This document shows, in pieces, positions 1 through 8,425 of a stretch of DNA of 64,000 bases. The stretch is from Thermoplasmata archaeon. GTDB lineage: Archaea; Thermoplasmatota; Thermoplasmata; Lutacidiplasmatales; UBA184. The notes under the pieces are model-generated. The model ran no database searches. It was not told where the DNA came from and saw only the letters and a program-made list of their open reading frames with translations. The position numbers were made by a program, and so were the translations under genes. Position 1 is the first letter of the stretch. Each line of letters opens with the position of its first letter. The stretch spans positions 10,044 through 74,043 of the forward strand of contig JBEKEY010000001.1 in assembly GCA_050013595.1 (NCBI GenBank), written 5' to 3'.

Positions 1-121
1 GGCCGAGGAAGGCGAACAGGCGGCCCTTCTCGATGTCGAGGTCGACCCGGTCGAGCGCGCGGACCGGGCGCGGGCCTTTCCGGTAGGTCTTCGAAAGACC
101 CCGGGCCTCGAGGATCGCCAT
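1..121 (-). CDS. ABC transporter ATP-binding protein, N-terminal fragment (runs off window start)
   Basis: Minus-strand ATG at 121..119 opens a frame with no stop to the window edge. Translation MAILEARGLSKTYRKGPRPVRALDRVDLDIEKGRLFAFLG matches the canonical ABC ATPase N-terminus just before Walker A. Absent from the ORF track because it is open-ended. Confidence 0.55.
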   Translation of the reverse strand, partial: MAILEARGLSKTYRKGPRPVRALDRVDLDIEKGRLFAFLG

Positions 122-178
122 GGTCCCCCGCCGAGCCACGAGCCCCGAAAAGGCTGGCGGCGCAGCGGTGGGCGGTCC

Positions 179-1816
179 TCAGGCCGCTCGTGCGCCCGCG
201 AGGAGCGGCTCGAGGAGGCCGATGGGCGGACAACCGAGACCGAGGAGCGTGTCGTGGAAGGAACGTAGGTTCCCGTGGAACCGGCTCGCGAGGAGTCGGG
301 ACCGGGCGCCCAGGATCGCGAGCTTCCCGAGCGTGTAGCAGAAGTACTCGGGGTTGAACGTTCCTCGGATCGCTTCGCGTTCGGCCGGGAGCCGCTCCAT
401 GTATCCCTCCTTCTGGAAGAACTGCGTCCCCTCCTCGAGCGTCATTCTCGCGGTGTGGAGACCGATGGAGACGAGCAGCCGGCAATCGCGCAGGAGGGCG
501 TCGTGGATCTGGGCGACCTCCGCAAGCGGGCTCTCCCGGCCGAGGCCCTTCTCGATCGCAAGCTGCTCGGTGTAGTGGGCCCATCCCTCGATGAACGAGG
601 GAGAGAGGTAGACCTTCCGAGCGAGGCTGGCCGAGGACAATCGGAAGTGCAGGAACTGTAGGTAGTGTCCCGGGTACACTTCGTGGACCGTGACGTTCCG
701 CAGCATCGGTCGGTTGAGCGAGCGTAGCCATTGCTCCTGCTGTTTCTCGGTCCACTTCGGGTCGACCGGGGTCACGTAGTAGATCCCCTCGGGCGAGGAG
801 GCATCGAACGGTCCGGGAGGGTTCATGCTCGCGGTCGAGAGCGCGCGGCTCCAGACCGGCGTCTCCTCGACCCGACATCGGGCTTCCGCCGGTACGGTCG
901 CGAGGTCCTCGGCTTCCACGAACCGTCGCGTCTCCTCCACGTACGCGGTCGCGGTGGGGATCACCTCGGCCGCCGAGGGATGACCTAGGAAGAGTCGTTC
1001 GAGAATCTCCGGCACCGTGACGTTCTCCGCCCGCGCGATCTCCGCCAGGCGATGCTGGTTCCGAGCGAGGTCGGCCACGCCCGCCTGTCGGATCTCCTCG
1101 AACGGGGTCTCGACCCCTTCGCGAACGAACAGGAGTCGTTGGAAGCGCGCCGGGCCGAGGGCAAAGTCGGGGACCGCTCCGGGAACATGGTGCTCCCGGA
1201 GCCAGGCCAGGAACTCGGTGACAGCCGCCTCGGCGGGGATGCGGGCGGTCCGGACCGAGTCCTCGAGGTGCGACCGGGCGGCGAACTCCTCGGCCTCGGC
1301 AAAGTGGGCGGCCAGACCGCCCCCGATCGCGAGCGAAAGGTCGAGGAACGGCTTCGGCAAGGGCGCGCGCAAGCGTTCCCGACCGACCGAGAGGAGTCGG
1401 GGGACCTGCTCGAGCGCGCGGACGATCGCGCCCACCCGTCGGTCGACGGGGGCGTAGTCGCGGGAAAGATACGACGTGAGCGAGACGGCTCCGAGGTAGT
1501 TCATCGGGTTCCGCTCGAGGTCGGAGACCATGCGGATGTCGAAGAGCGGGCTCTCGAGCAGTAGGCTCAGGAGGAATCCGTCGGTCTTCCGCCCGGTCGG
1601 CAGCGACTCCCGAGGAACGCTGGCAAGTCGCTGGAGCAGGGCATCCGCACCCTCGACCCAACGTTCGGTCGCCGCCGTGGATAGGTCGGGAAGTCGGCCG
1701 TCGTACTCGTGCAGTCCGAGCCCTACCGCGTAGGAGGGCGAGAGCGCGAACACATGGTCGACGACACTTCGCTCGATCGCGTTGAACTCGGTGGCCGCGG
1801 TATCGGAAGAACTCAT
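179..1816 (-). CDS. DUF885-family protein (putative metallopeptidase-like, HEVYPGHYLQ motif)
   Basis: 556-aa ORF with HExxxGH-type motif and length typical of DUF885. Likely start is ATG at 1816 (MSSSDTAATEF); an alternative ATG lies at 1849. Confidence 0.65.
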   Translation of the reverse strand: MSSSDTAATEFNAIERSVVDHVFALSPSYAVGLGLHEYDGRLPDLSTAATERWVEGADALLQRLASVPRESLPTGRKTDGFLLSLLLESPLFDIRMVSDLERNPMNYLGAVSLTSYLSRDYAPVDRRVGAIVRALEQVPRLLSVGRERLRAPLPKPFLDLSLAIGGGLAAHFAEAEEFAARSHLEDSVRTARIPAEAAVTEFLAWLREHHVPGAVPDFALGPARFQRLLFVREGVETPFEEIRQAGVADLARNQHRLAEIARAENVTVPEILERLFLGHPSAAEVIPTATAYVEETRRFVEAEDLATVPAEARCRVEETPVWSRALSTASMNPPGPFDASSPEGIYYVTPVDPKWTEKQQEQWLRSLNRPMLRNVTVHEVYPGHYLQFLHFRLSSASLARKVYLSPSFIEGWAHYTEQLAIEKGLGRESPLAEVAQIHDALLRDCRLLVSIGLHTARMTLEEGTQFFQKEGYMERLPAEREAIRGTFNPEYFCYTLGKLAILGARSRLLASRFHGNLRSFHDTLLGLGCPPIGLLEPLLAGARAA

Positions 1817-1886
1817 GGTAGCGAAGGTCGGGGAACGGGTGAGGCTCAAAAGGTCACGGGCGAGAGTGCGGGTGGCGGGACTCGGC

Positions 1887-2192
1887 TCACTCGACCCAGG
1901 TCATGCGGCAGGTAGGGCAGGTGCGGCCCTCGAGAGGGGTTCCGCACACGAAGCATTTCGGAAGTCGGTCGGACGCGGGCGAGGCCGATACGCTCGGCTC
2001 GGCCGGACGGTCCGGGAGGGGCGGCGGTATCCGGGTCGGCTCGAGGGTCGTCGGTGTCGGGGCCGGCGCGACCACCGGCTCGGGGACACTCTCGGTCGGC
2101 GGCTCGGTGGGAGGGGGCGATTCGTCCGGGAGAGGCTCCTCGGTTCCCCCCTCGTCCTCCTTGTCCCGGCGAAAGCGTCGGAAGAGCGACAT
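1887..2192 (-). CDS. small Pro-rich protein with C-terminal zinc ribbon (CxxC-x9-CxxC)
   Basis: 101-aa ORF in an otherwise empty gap between divergent genes. It ends in CFVCGTPLEGRTCPTCRMTWVE. There is no homology anchor. Confidence 0.4.
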   Translation of the reverse strand: MSLFRRFRRDKEDEGGTEEPLPDESPPPTEPPTESVPEPVVAPAPTPTTLEPTRIPPPLPDRPAEPSVSASPASDRLPKCFVCGTPLEGRTCPTCRMTWVE

Positions 2193-2276
2193 CCGCCGGA
2201 GCGAGCCGAATTCCCTTCATTACACCACCGTTCGGCGAACCGCACACGTTTTTCGGTCGGACCGGTTCCCGCGTCC

Positions 2277-2741
2277 ATGACCCCGACTCCCTCCGAACGG
2301 CTTCGTGAGCTCGGCCTGGTCCTTCCCTCGCCGCCCAAGCCGGCCGGCACCTACACTCCCGTGGTGCGTGACGGGCCGCGGGCCTGGGTCTCGGGGCAGA
2401 TCGTGACCGAGGCCGGAAACGTCCTCCATCCGGGGCTCGTGGACCGGGACGTTTCGGTGGACGTCGCTCGGGAGCTCGCCCGCCGCGCGACGCTCCAGGC
2501 GCTCAGCGCCCTCGCGGCGGAACTGGGTTCGATCGACCACGTCCAGGGATTCCTCCGCGTGGCCGTCTTCGTGGCTTCCTCGCCGGGATTCGGTCGCCAG
2601 CACGAAGTGGCGAACGGCGCCACGGACCTTCTCGTCCAAATCTTCGGAGACGCGGGGCGACCGGCGCGAGCCGCAGTGGGCGTCGCCGGCCTACCGCTCA
2701 ACGCTCCCGTCGAGGTCGAGTTCTTGGCCAGGACGGTCTAG
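2277..2741 (+). CDS. ridA: RidA/YjgF-family enamine/imine deaminase-like protein
   Basis: 154 aa starting at ATG 2277 (MTPTPSERLRELG). YjgF-like pattern AGTYTPVVRDGPRAWVSGQIV...VEVEFLA. The longer listed ORF from 1782 is an upstream Arg-rich extension. Confidence 0.75.
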   Translation: MTPTPSERLRELGLVLPSPPKPAGTYTPVVRDGPRAWVSGQIVTEAGNVLHPGLVDRDVSVDVARELARRATLQALSALAAELGSIDHVQGFLRVAVFVASSPGFGRQHEVANGATDLLVQIFGDAGRPARAAVGVAGLPLNAPVEVEFLARTV

Positions 2742-2748
2742 ACCGCTC

Positions 2749-3405
2749 GTGAAGCCCGCTACCTGGGACGGGGTCTATCGCGACGGCCGTGACCTCTACA
2801 CCCGCAATCGGAACCCGGGAACGAAGGTCTACGGGGAACCGCTTTCGACGGTCGAGGGTGTCGAGTACCGCGAGTGGGACCCGTTCCGCTCGAAGGCGGC
2901 GGCCCTGCTCCTCAAGGGAGCGCCGGCGGACGTCCTCGGTCGACCTCGCACCGTGCTCTACCTCGGGGCCGCGCACGGCACGACCGCGAGCCACCTCTCG
3001 GACCTCTGGCCCGACGCGACGATCTTCGCGATCGAGAAGAGCCCGACGTCGTTCGCCCCGCTCCTCGCGCTCGCCCGGACGCGACCCGGCCTCGTCCCGA
3101 TCCTCGCTGATGCCCAGCTGCCCGAGCGTTACCAAGCGGACGTCGGGGCGGTCGACTTCCTCTACCAGGACGTTGCGCAGCGGAACCAGGCCGGCATCTT
3201 CGTCGAGAACGCTCGGGCGTGCCTCGCGCCGCGAGGGAACGGGGTCCTGATGCTCAAGGTTCGGTCGGTGACGCAACAACGTTCGACGGCGGCCGTCGTC
3301 CGGGAGGCCCGCGGCGCGATCGTCGCGGCCCACCTCGCGGTTACCTACGAGACGGCTCTCGCTCCCTTCTCGCGCGAGCACGTCGCGCTCGCGGTCTCGG
3401 CGTAG
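2749..3405 (+). CDS. flpA: fibrillarin-like rRNA/tRNA 2'-O-methyltransferase
   Basis: 218 aa with fibrillarin signatures (KVYGE...EYREWDPFRSKAAA, SAM-MTase fold motifs). This is an archaeal/eukaryotic marker. Confidence 0.9.
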   Translation: MKPATWDGVYRDGRDLYTRNRNPGTKVYGEPLSTVEGVEYREWDPFRSKAAALLLKGAPADVLGRPRTVLYLGAAHGTTASHLSDLWPDATIFAIEKSPTSFAPLLALARTRPGLVPILADAQLPERYQADVGAVDFLYQDVAQRNQAGIFVENARACLAPRGNGVLMLKVRSVTQQRSTAAVVREARGAIVAAHLAVTYETALAPFSREHVALAVSA

Positions 3406-3480
3406 CGGTCCACGTTCCATCCACCGCCGGGAACTGGCGCGAAAAGTATCCCCCTCCCCTCCTCGACCGCGGAGGGTTGT

Positions 3481-5745
3481 GTGACGGGATCGGGCGGCTC
3501 GCGAGCGGCACCCTTGCTTCCGCTCGCGGTGGATTCGATACTCCTGGCCGGGATGCTTTTCGCGACCGTCGCTCATTCGGGGGCTCCGGTCACCTCGACC
3601 TCGCTCGCGAACGCCGTCACGCATTCGTCGGTCGTCGCTTCGGGAGTGGACCTCGCCGTCGACCCACCCTCCTACTGGATGCGGAGCGGAACGAACGTCA
3701 CGCTCGAGGCCGTCTGGACCTCGGGCTCTCCGTTGTGTCGCGTCACTCCACTCTGGTATGGCTGGTCGGTGGATTCTGGCAACGCCACGGGATTCCTGAA
3801 CAACACGTCCGGCCCGTCCACGACGTTCATCGCGGATTCGTTCGACTCGGGAACGGTCCGAGCGGTGGCCCGGGCGGTGGCCGAGGTCGACTGCGGCGCG
3901 AACCAGACCGTGATCGACCGCACGAACGAGGCGAACCTCTCGGTCGTCGCACCGATATCGCTCTCCGGCATCGCGTTCGGTCCGAGCCCGCTCTTCCCCG
4001 GCGATTCGGGAAACCTCGACGGGACGATCGTTGGTGGCGACCCCCCCTACCGGTTGGACGTTTCCTGGGGCGATGGAACTCGCTCGCAGCTGCAACTTCC
4101 GGGCCCGGGCCCATTCTCGGCGAGCCACCAGTACCCGGCCGGCGAGTTCGTTCCTTCGGTTTCCGCAGGGGATGCGGACAGCGACCTTGTCAACGCATCC
4201 GTGGAAGAGACCGTTTCGGTCGGGAACGGTCTCGAGGTGGGAATTCTGCCGGCCCGCATCGGGGCCGAGGTCGGAGTCCCACTTCAGTTCACGGGCGTGG
4301 CCGAGGGTCCTTCGCAAGACCTGACCCCGCTGGTCGATTGTTCGAATGCCACCTTAGGCTCGGCCGAAACGACCGCGAACGCGACGGTGTTCTCCTGCAC
4401 GTTCACGTCACCGGGAACGGCGGAGGTCCTCTTCGGGGAGTTTTCCCATCGCCCCGGAGGACCATCGGCGAGCGTCGTTCTCTATGAGCCGGTGGTCGAC
4501 CCACCCACCGTGTCGATCGAACCCGTGGATTCGACCGCGGAGGCGGGTGGCGCGGACCCGATGCGGGTCGGTGTGTCGGGAGGCGTCATGCCGATCTCAC
4601 TCTCCTGGAACCTTTCCGGGAATCTCTCGAGCGGCCAGACGACCCTCTGGTCCGACGGGGACGGCGTCATCTCGCTCTCACTCCCGACGGCGGGCGATTA
4701 CGCAGTCGGGGTTCAGGCGAGCGATGCTCTCGGAGGCACCGACGCGAACGGAACGGGGGACTTACGAGTGGACGCGCCACTGAAGGCCAACGCCACCGGC
4801 GCGAGTATGCTCCTCACGGACGGCGCGTACGCCGAGGTCGGCGTCGACGCGCTTTCCGGGTGCCCGCCGTTCTCCTGGTGGGTAGTTCCCGACCTTCCTC
4901 CGTCCACCGGATCGGCCGGGGCCGGCGTCCTCGCGACCGTCGGTCAGTTCACCTGGAACGGGTCGTACGCCATCGAGGGCAATCTCACGTTCACGGCCGG
5001 GGTGACCGACGAATGCGGGGCCGCCTGGCAGACGGAATTCGAGATTTCGCTCGTCCCCAGACTGTCCGCCCTCGCAAGTGTGAAACCGGCGCCTTCTTCG
5101 TCCAACGAGACACTCGCAGTGAACCTGTCGATCCAGGGTGGCTTGCCACCCTATCGAGTTTCCGCGAATGCGAGCGACGGGGAATCCTGGAATCGGACCC
5201 TCCTTTCGGATGGCGCCTACGAATGGTTGCTCGCAACGGACGGGAACGGGTCCTTGCTGGTGGTCATTTCGGTAGCGGATTCTCTGGGCGACGTCGTAGC
5301 CACCAATCTCTCGGTGATTCTCGTTTCTCCGGTGCATCCAACCACACCCTCTCCTCCCGCAGAGCCTCCCCCGCCGTCGACCACCCCGGGCTCTCCGACT
5401 AACTCGTCGGACCCTTCACTGACCGACTCGAGCTGCATTCCGATCGCCGTGTTCTTGTTCGCAGTCGCTGCGGTAAGCGTGGTAGTGATCGGGTGGCGTC
5501 GGAGAACCCGAAACGGCTCTCGGGATGGGCCCGGGCCCGACCCGGTGGCGACACTTCGACGAATTATCGAACCGGCCGAGGGCGCGGAGCGATTCACCGT
5601 CGAACTCCTTGCGGAGGAAGCGGGGATTCCAATCACGGAAGTGCGCTCGACCATTGATCGATTGATCTCCGAAAGGAGGATTCGCTCCGAAAGCGGCGCT
5701 GACGGAGAGGAGGTGCTCTCGTGGTCGTCCGAAGCTGGTTCATAG
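3481..5745 (+). CDS. secreted PKD-repeat surface glycoprotein with C-terminal TM anchor and short cytoplasmic winged-helix-like tail
   Basis: GTG start followed by a signal peptide. A PKD signature is present (VSWGDGTRSQ...HQYPAGEF). There are dozens of N-x-S/T sequons and a Pro/Thr linker. The TM segment is IPIAVFLFAVAAVSVVVIGW, then an RRR stop-transfer. The cytoplasmic tail FTVELLAEEAGIPITEVRSTIDRLISERRIR resembles a wHTH. Confidence 0.75.
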   Translation: MTGSGGSRAAPLLPLAVDSILLAGMLFATVAHSGAPVTSTSLANAVTHSSVVASGVDLAVDPPSYWMRSGTNVTLEAVWTSGSPLCRVTPLWYGWSVDSGNATGFLNNTSGPSTTFIADSFDSGTVRAVARAVAEVDCGANQTVIDRTNEANLSVVAPISLSGIAFGPSPLFPGDSGNLDGTIVGGDPPYRLDVSWGDGTRSQLQLPGPGPFSASHQYPAGEFVPSVSAGDADSDLVNASVEETVSVGNGLEVGILPARIGAEVGVPLQFTGVAEGPSQDLTPLVDCSNATLGSAETTANATVFSCTFTSPGTAEVLFGEFSHRPGGPSASVVLYEPVVDPPTVSIEPVDSTAEAGGADPMRVGVSGGVMPISLSWNLSGNLSSGQTTLWSDGDGVISLSLPTAGDYAVGVQASDALGGTDANGTGDLRVDAPLKANATGASMLLTDGAYAEVGVDALSGCPPFSWWVVPDLPPSTGSAGAGVLATVGQFTWNGSYAIEGNLTFTAGVTDECGAAWQTEFEISLVPRLSALASVKPAPSSSNETLAVNLSIQGGLPPYRVSANASDGESWNRTLLSDGAYEWLLATDGNGSLLVVISVADSLGDVVATNLSVILVSPVHPTTPSPPAEPPPPSTTPGSPTNSSDPSLTDSSCIPIAVFLFAVAAVSVVVIGWRRRTRNGSRDGPGPDPVATLRRIIEPAEGAERFTVELLAEEAGIPITEVRSTIDRLISERRIRSESGADGEEVLSWSSEAGS

Positions 5746-6128
5746 TGGGCGGTCCTGGAATCCCGTCCGGTGGACACCGTGCTGTCGCCTTGCTCCTGGT
5801 CGCCCTGTCGGCCATCCCGATGCCGGGGATTCATGCCACGCTCCATCCGGCCGAGGTCACTCAGACTTTCTCCGCGACCCCTTCCACGCCCGTTAGCAAT
5901 TTTACGGCGTCGATCGATCGATTGGTCGACTTGGTGGCTTTTGCCGGTAGCGGAATCCTATCGCTCGTCTGGGCCCGGGTCGCGTTAAGCTGGTTTTCGA
6001 ACGATATCACGAAGAAGATCCAGGCTAAGGACCGCGCCCGGGACGCTCTCGTCGGTACGTTGCTGTTCATGGCAGCGGTCACCGGCCTCCTCTACGGGCT
6101 CGCCCATTGGGTTCTGACGGGCAGTTAG
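5721..6128 (+). CDS. small 2-TM pilin-like membrane protein (TrbC/VirB2-like or CedA1-like)
   Basis: Signal peptide (AVALLLVALSAIPMPGIHA) followed by two hydrophobic helices, the TrbC/VirB2 topology. Start is GTG 5721, or GTG 5745 overlapping the upstream stop. It is coupled to the following genes. Confidence 0.55.
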   Translation: MVVRSWFIVGGPGIPSGGHRAVALLLVALSAIPMPGIHATLHPAEVTQTFSATPSTPVSNFTASIDRLVDLVAFAGSGILSLVWARVALSWFSNDITKKIQAKDRARDALVGTLLFMAAVTGLLYGLAHWVLTGS

Positions 6129-6136
6129 AGGGACCC

Positions 6137-7270
6137 ATGCCGATTCCCTCCCTTGATCTGGGTGACCTCGTCCGGGCGATCCTGTTCGCGATCTTTGGGG
6201 ATCTCACCGCGGTCATCACGGCCATCATTGGACCAACGTACGACAATATTCTCGTCCCCGAGCTCCAGACCGGTGCGCTCTTTCCTTCTCTCTTCGGCCC
6301 GGGAACTGGAGGGGTGACCTATCTTTCCACGGCCGCGCGGTTCTCGGATTTCATCCTCTCGAATGTCGTGGATCCGGCAGTCGCCCTCGTCGCTCTCGGA
6401 GTCGCGATTCTCTACCTGTCTCGATCGGTCGTTACCCGGTGGGCGGACGGATTGGACGCACTCCTCCCTCGTCTGGTCCTCGGGGTTGTCGGGGCGAACT
6501 TCACCGTCCCGATCGCGGGTGCCATCCTGGGGGTAGCCGGAGGCCTTTACCCGGTGGTATCCGGCTGGGACGGAGGAACCTGGCAGCACTGGGTGAATCT
6601 CGCTGGCTGGGGACAGGTCGCGTTTTCGTGGGACAATGGGGCGCTCGCGTTCGTGCTATCGTTGGTCGAGTTCGCCGCCGTGTTCGCCCTCTTGCTTGCG
6701 GTGGGTATCCGGGACGCAGTTCTGGCGGTGTTGCTCGTCCTCCTGCCGATCTTCACCCTGTTGTGGCCGCTCCGCCCACTCTCCCCGCTGGCTCGGAGAG
6801 GATGGCTCCTCTTCGCCGAACTAGCGTTCCTGCCGTGCGTGCTCGTCATCCCTCTCGAACTCGCCGTCGCGAGCCCCAGTCCCGTCATGCTGGTCTCCTA
6901 CCTCGCCGTCGCGGTGGCCTCGCCGTTCTTCCTCTCGTTGGCCGGCACCAACCTGGTCTCCTTCGGTTTCGGCGGCGCGTCGAACGTCGTCCATTCTAAC
7001 GTCCAACGCGGGCTCGCGGTCGCCCCCTCCGCTGCCACGTCCTCGTTGGGACCTGTGGCGAACGGGGCTCGGTCGAGCGGTGCTGCCGGCCGCGCGCTCG
7101 CGGGAACGGCACGGGTCGCCGGATCAGCGGCGGCGCCGGCGGCCGCCCCGCTCGCCGTCGGTGAGTTGCTTGGCCAGGGAGCCTGGCATCTCATCGGGCA
7201 CCTCCGTCCCTCGTCAGAGAAGAACGGTCCCGGGGGTCAACCGCCCCTACGCAACGGAGGGTCGAAATGA
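6137..7270 (+). CDS. polytopic membrane protein, VirB6/TrbL/CedA-like
   Basis: About 377 aa with 6 or more predicted TM helices and a hydrophilic Ala/Gly/Ser-rich C-terminal tail. It lies between the pilin-like gene and the VirB4-like ATPase. ATG 6137 sits immediately after the upstream stop. Confidence 0.55.
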   Translation: MPIPSLDLGDLVRAILFAIFGDLTAVITAIIGPTYDNILVPELQTGALFPSLFGPGTGGVTYLSTAARFSDFILSNVVDPAVALVALGVAILYLSRSVVTRWADGLDALLPRLVLGVVGANFTVPIAGAILGVAGGLYPVVSGWDGGTWQHWVNLAGWGQVAFSWDNGALAFVLSLVEFAAVFALLLAVGIRDAVLAVLLVLLPIFTLLWPLRPLSPLARRGWLLFAELAFLPCVLVIPLELAVASPSPVMLVSYLAVAVASPFFLSLAGTNLVSFGFGGASNVVHSNVQRGLAVAPSAATSSLGPVANGARSSGAAGRALAGTARVAGSAAAPAAAPLAVGELLGQGAWHLIGHLRPSSEKNGPGGQPPLRNGGSK

Positions 7271-7271
7271 C

Positions 7272-8054
7272 ATGGCCGAACCCGAGGCCGGATCTCCTGT
7301 CATCGTGCTACCCGAACGGCTGGGCCGTCGAATGCGACTCGGACCGTTTCCGTCGTCCCGCGACGCCCTCAAGTTTGTCATCTACGCCGCCACCGGGGCC
7401 CTCTTGGCGTCGTTCACGAGCCCATGGTTGTGGCTACCGTTCGTACTGGTCGGATTCGCGGTCTCGGTCTGGCGCCCGGAGGGACGAGCGGTCGACGAGC
7501 GTCTCCTCGTCTTCGCAGTCTGGAGACTCCGGTCCTGGGGTCTAGGGAAGGCCGTGAAGAGCGCGAACTCCCGCCCGCTCGTTCGACAGGGACTCCTGCA
7601 GCTCGCGTCCCACCGATACGTGGCGGTCGTTCGTACCGGGGGTTCGCCGATGGCCTACCTGCCGCCGGACGAGTTGGCCCGACGCTTCGAACTCTATCGC
7701 GAATTGATTCGGTCCACGGAGGGAGGGTTCTCGTTGCTATCGACCGTGGTGCCGATCCGCTCCCAAACGGTTAGGCCCTCGACGACTCCGGGAGAGGGGC
7801 CCGAGGCGTCCGCCCGTGCAGGGTATTCCGAGCTGGTCCTCTTACTCTGCCGACGTCGGCTCCTGCGCCGGGTCTACTTCGTCCTCGGAGCTGTCGGAGC
7901 CAGCACGGACTCCGTCGCCTTACTCGAAGGACGGGTCGCGAGCTTGGTCGAGCGGCTGAGTTCTCTCGGCCTCCGACCGACACGACTTCGGGATCGTGCC
8001 CTGGCCGAAGCGGCCCACCGCTTTGGATGGGCGGCAGAGGTGACCCGCCAGTGA
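7272..8054 (+). CDS. membrane-anchored protein (2 N-terminal TM helices + cytoplasmic domain), possible VirB3/VirB4-N-domain-like component
   Basis: ATG 7272 lies 1 nt after the upstream stop. TM pair KFVIYAATGALLASF / WLWLPFVLVGFAVSVW followed by a 180-aa soluble domain. The stop overlaps the next start. Confidence 0.5.
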   Translation: MAEPEAGSPVIVLPERLGRRMRLGPFPSSRDALKFVIYAATGALLASFTSPWLWLPFVLVGFAVSVWRPEGRAVDERLLVFAVWRLRSWGLGKAVKSANSRPLVRQGLLQLASHRYVAVVRTGGSPMAYLPPDELARRFELYRELIRSTEGGFSLLSTVVPIRSQTVRPSTTPGEGPEASARAGYSELVLLLCRRRLLRRVYFVLGAVGASTDSVALLEGRVASLVERLSSLGLRPTRLRDRALAEAAHRFGWAAEVTRQ

Positions 8055-8425
8055 AAGACGATGTCAGGGTTACGCCCATCTTCGAGTTCGAGGCGTTCGG
8101 TGCGGCCGTCGGGTCGGCGGTTGTCTGCGGGGCACTTTCCTTGATCGTCCCGCTCCTCATTGCCCCTACGGCTACCCTTGTTTGCCTCGCACTCGCGGGA
8201 TGGGTTTCGACCAGCCGACGGCGAGGGCCACTCACCCTTAGCGGCCTCGGCAATTCCTCCCTCGCTGCACTCTGCGTTCTCGGCGGGTCCGCCGCAGGAT
8301 TCCTGACGGCTCCGTCGTTCCTGGCACCGTTCCGGGGCCTCCTCCTTGCAGGAGGATTGGTCCCCCTCTTCCTGGCCGAACGAACTCGCTCGATTCACCC
8401 CCTGCCGGTGTTCACCCGTTCATGA
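8051..8425 (+). CDS. small multi-TM membrane protein
   Basis: GTG 8051 overlaps the upstream TGA (GTGA). Hydrophobic segments run throughout. The stop overlaps the ATPase start (ATGA at 8422). Confidence 0.5.
   Translation: MKDDVRVTPIFEFEAFGAAVGSAVVCGALSLIVPLLIAPTATLVCLALAGWVSTSRRRGPLTLSGLGNSSLAALCVLGGSAAGFLTAPSFLAPFRGLLLAGGLVPLFLAERTRSIHPLPVFTRS

Noticed and set aside
1782-2276. Upstream extension of the RidA ORF
   Set aside because: Arg-rich low-complexity sequence. The RidA homology and a sensible ATG begin at 2277.
2698-4317. 539-aa minus-strand ORF overlapping fibrillarin and the PKD protein
   Set aside because: Arg-rich nonsense translation (RRRRGRELD...) antisense to two well-supported genes.
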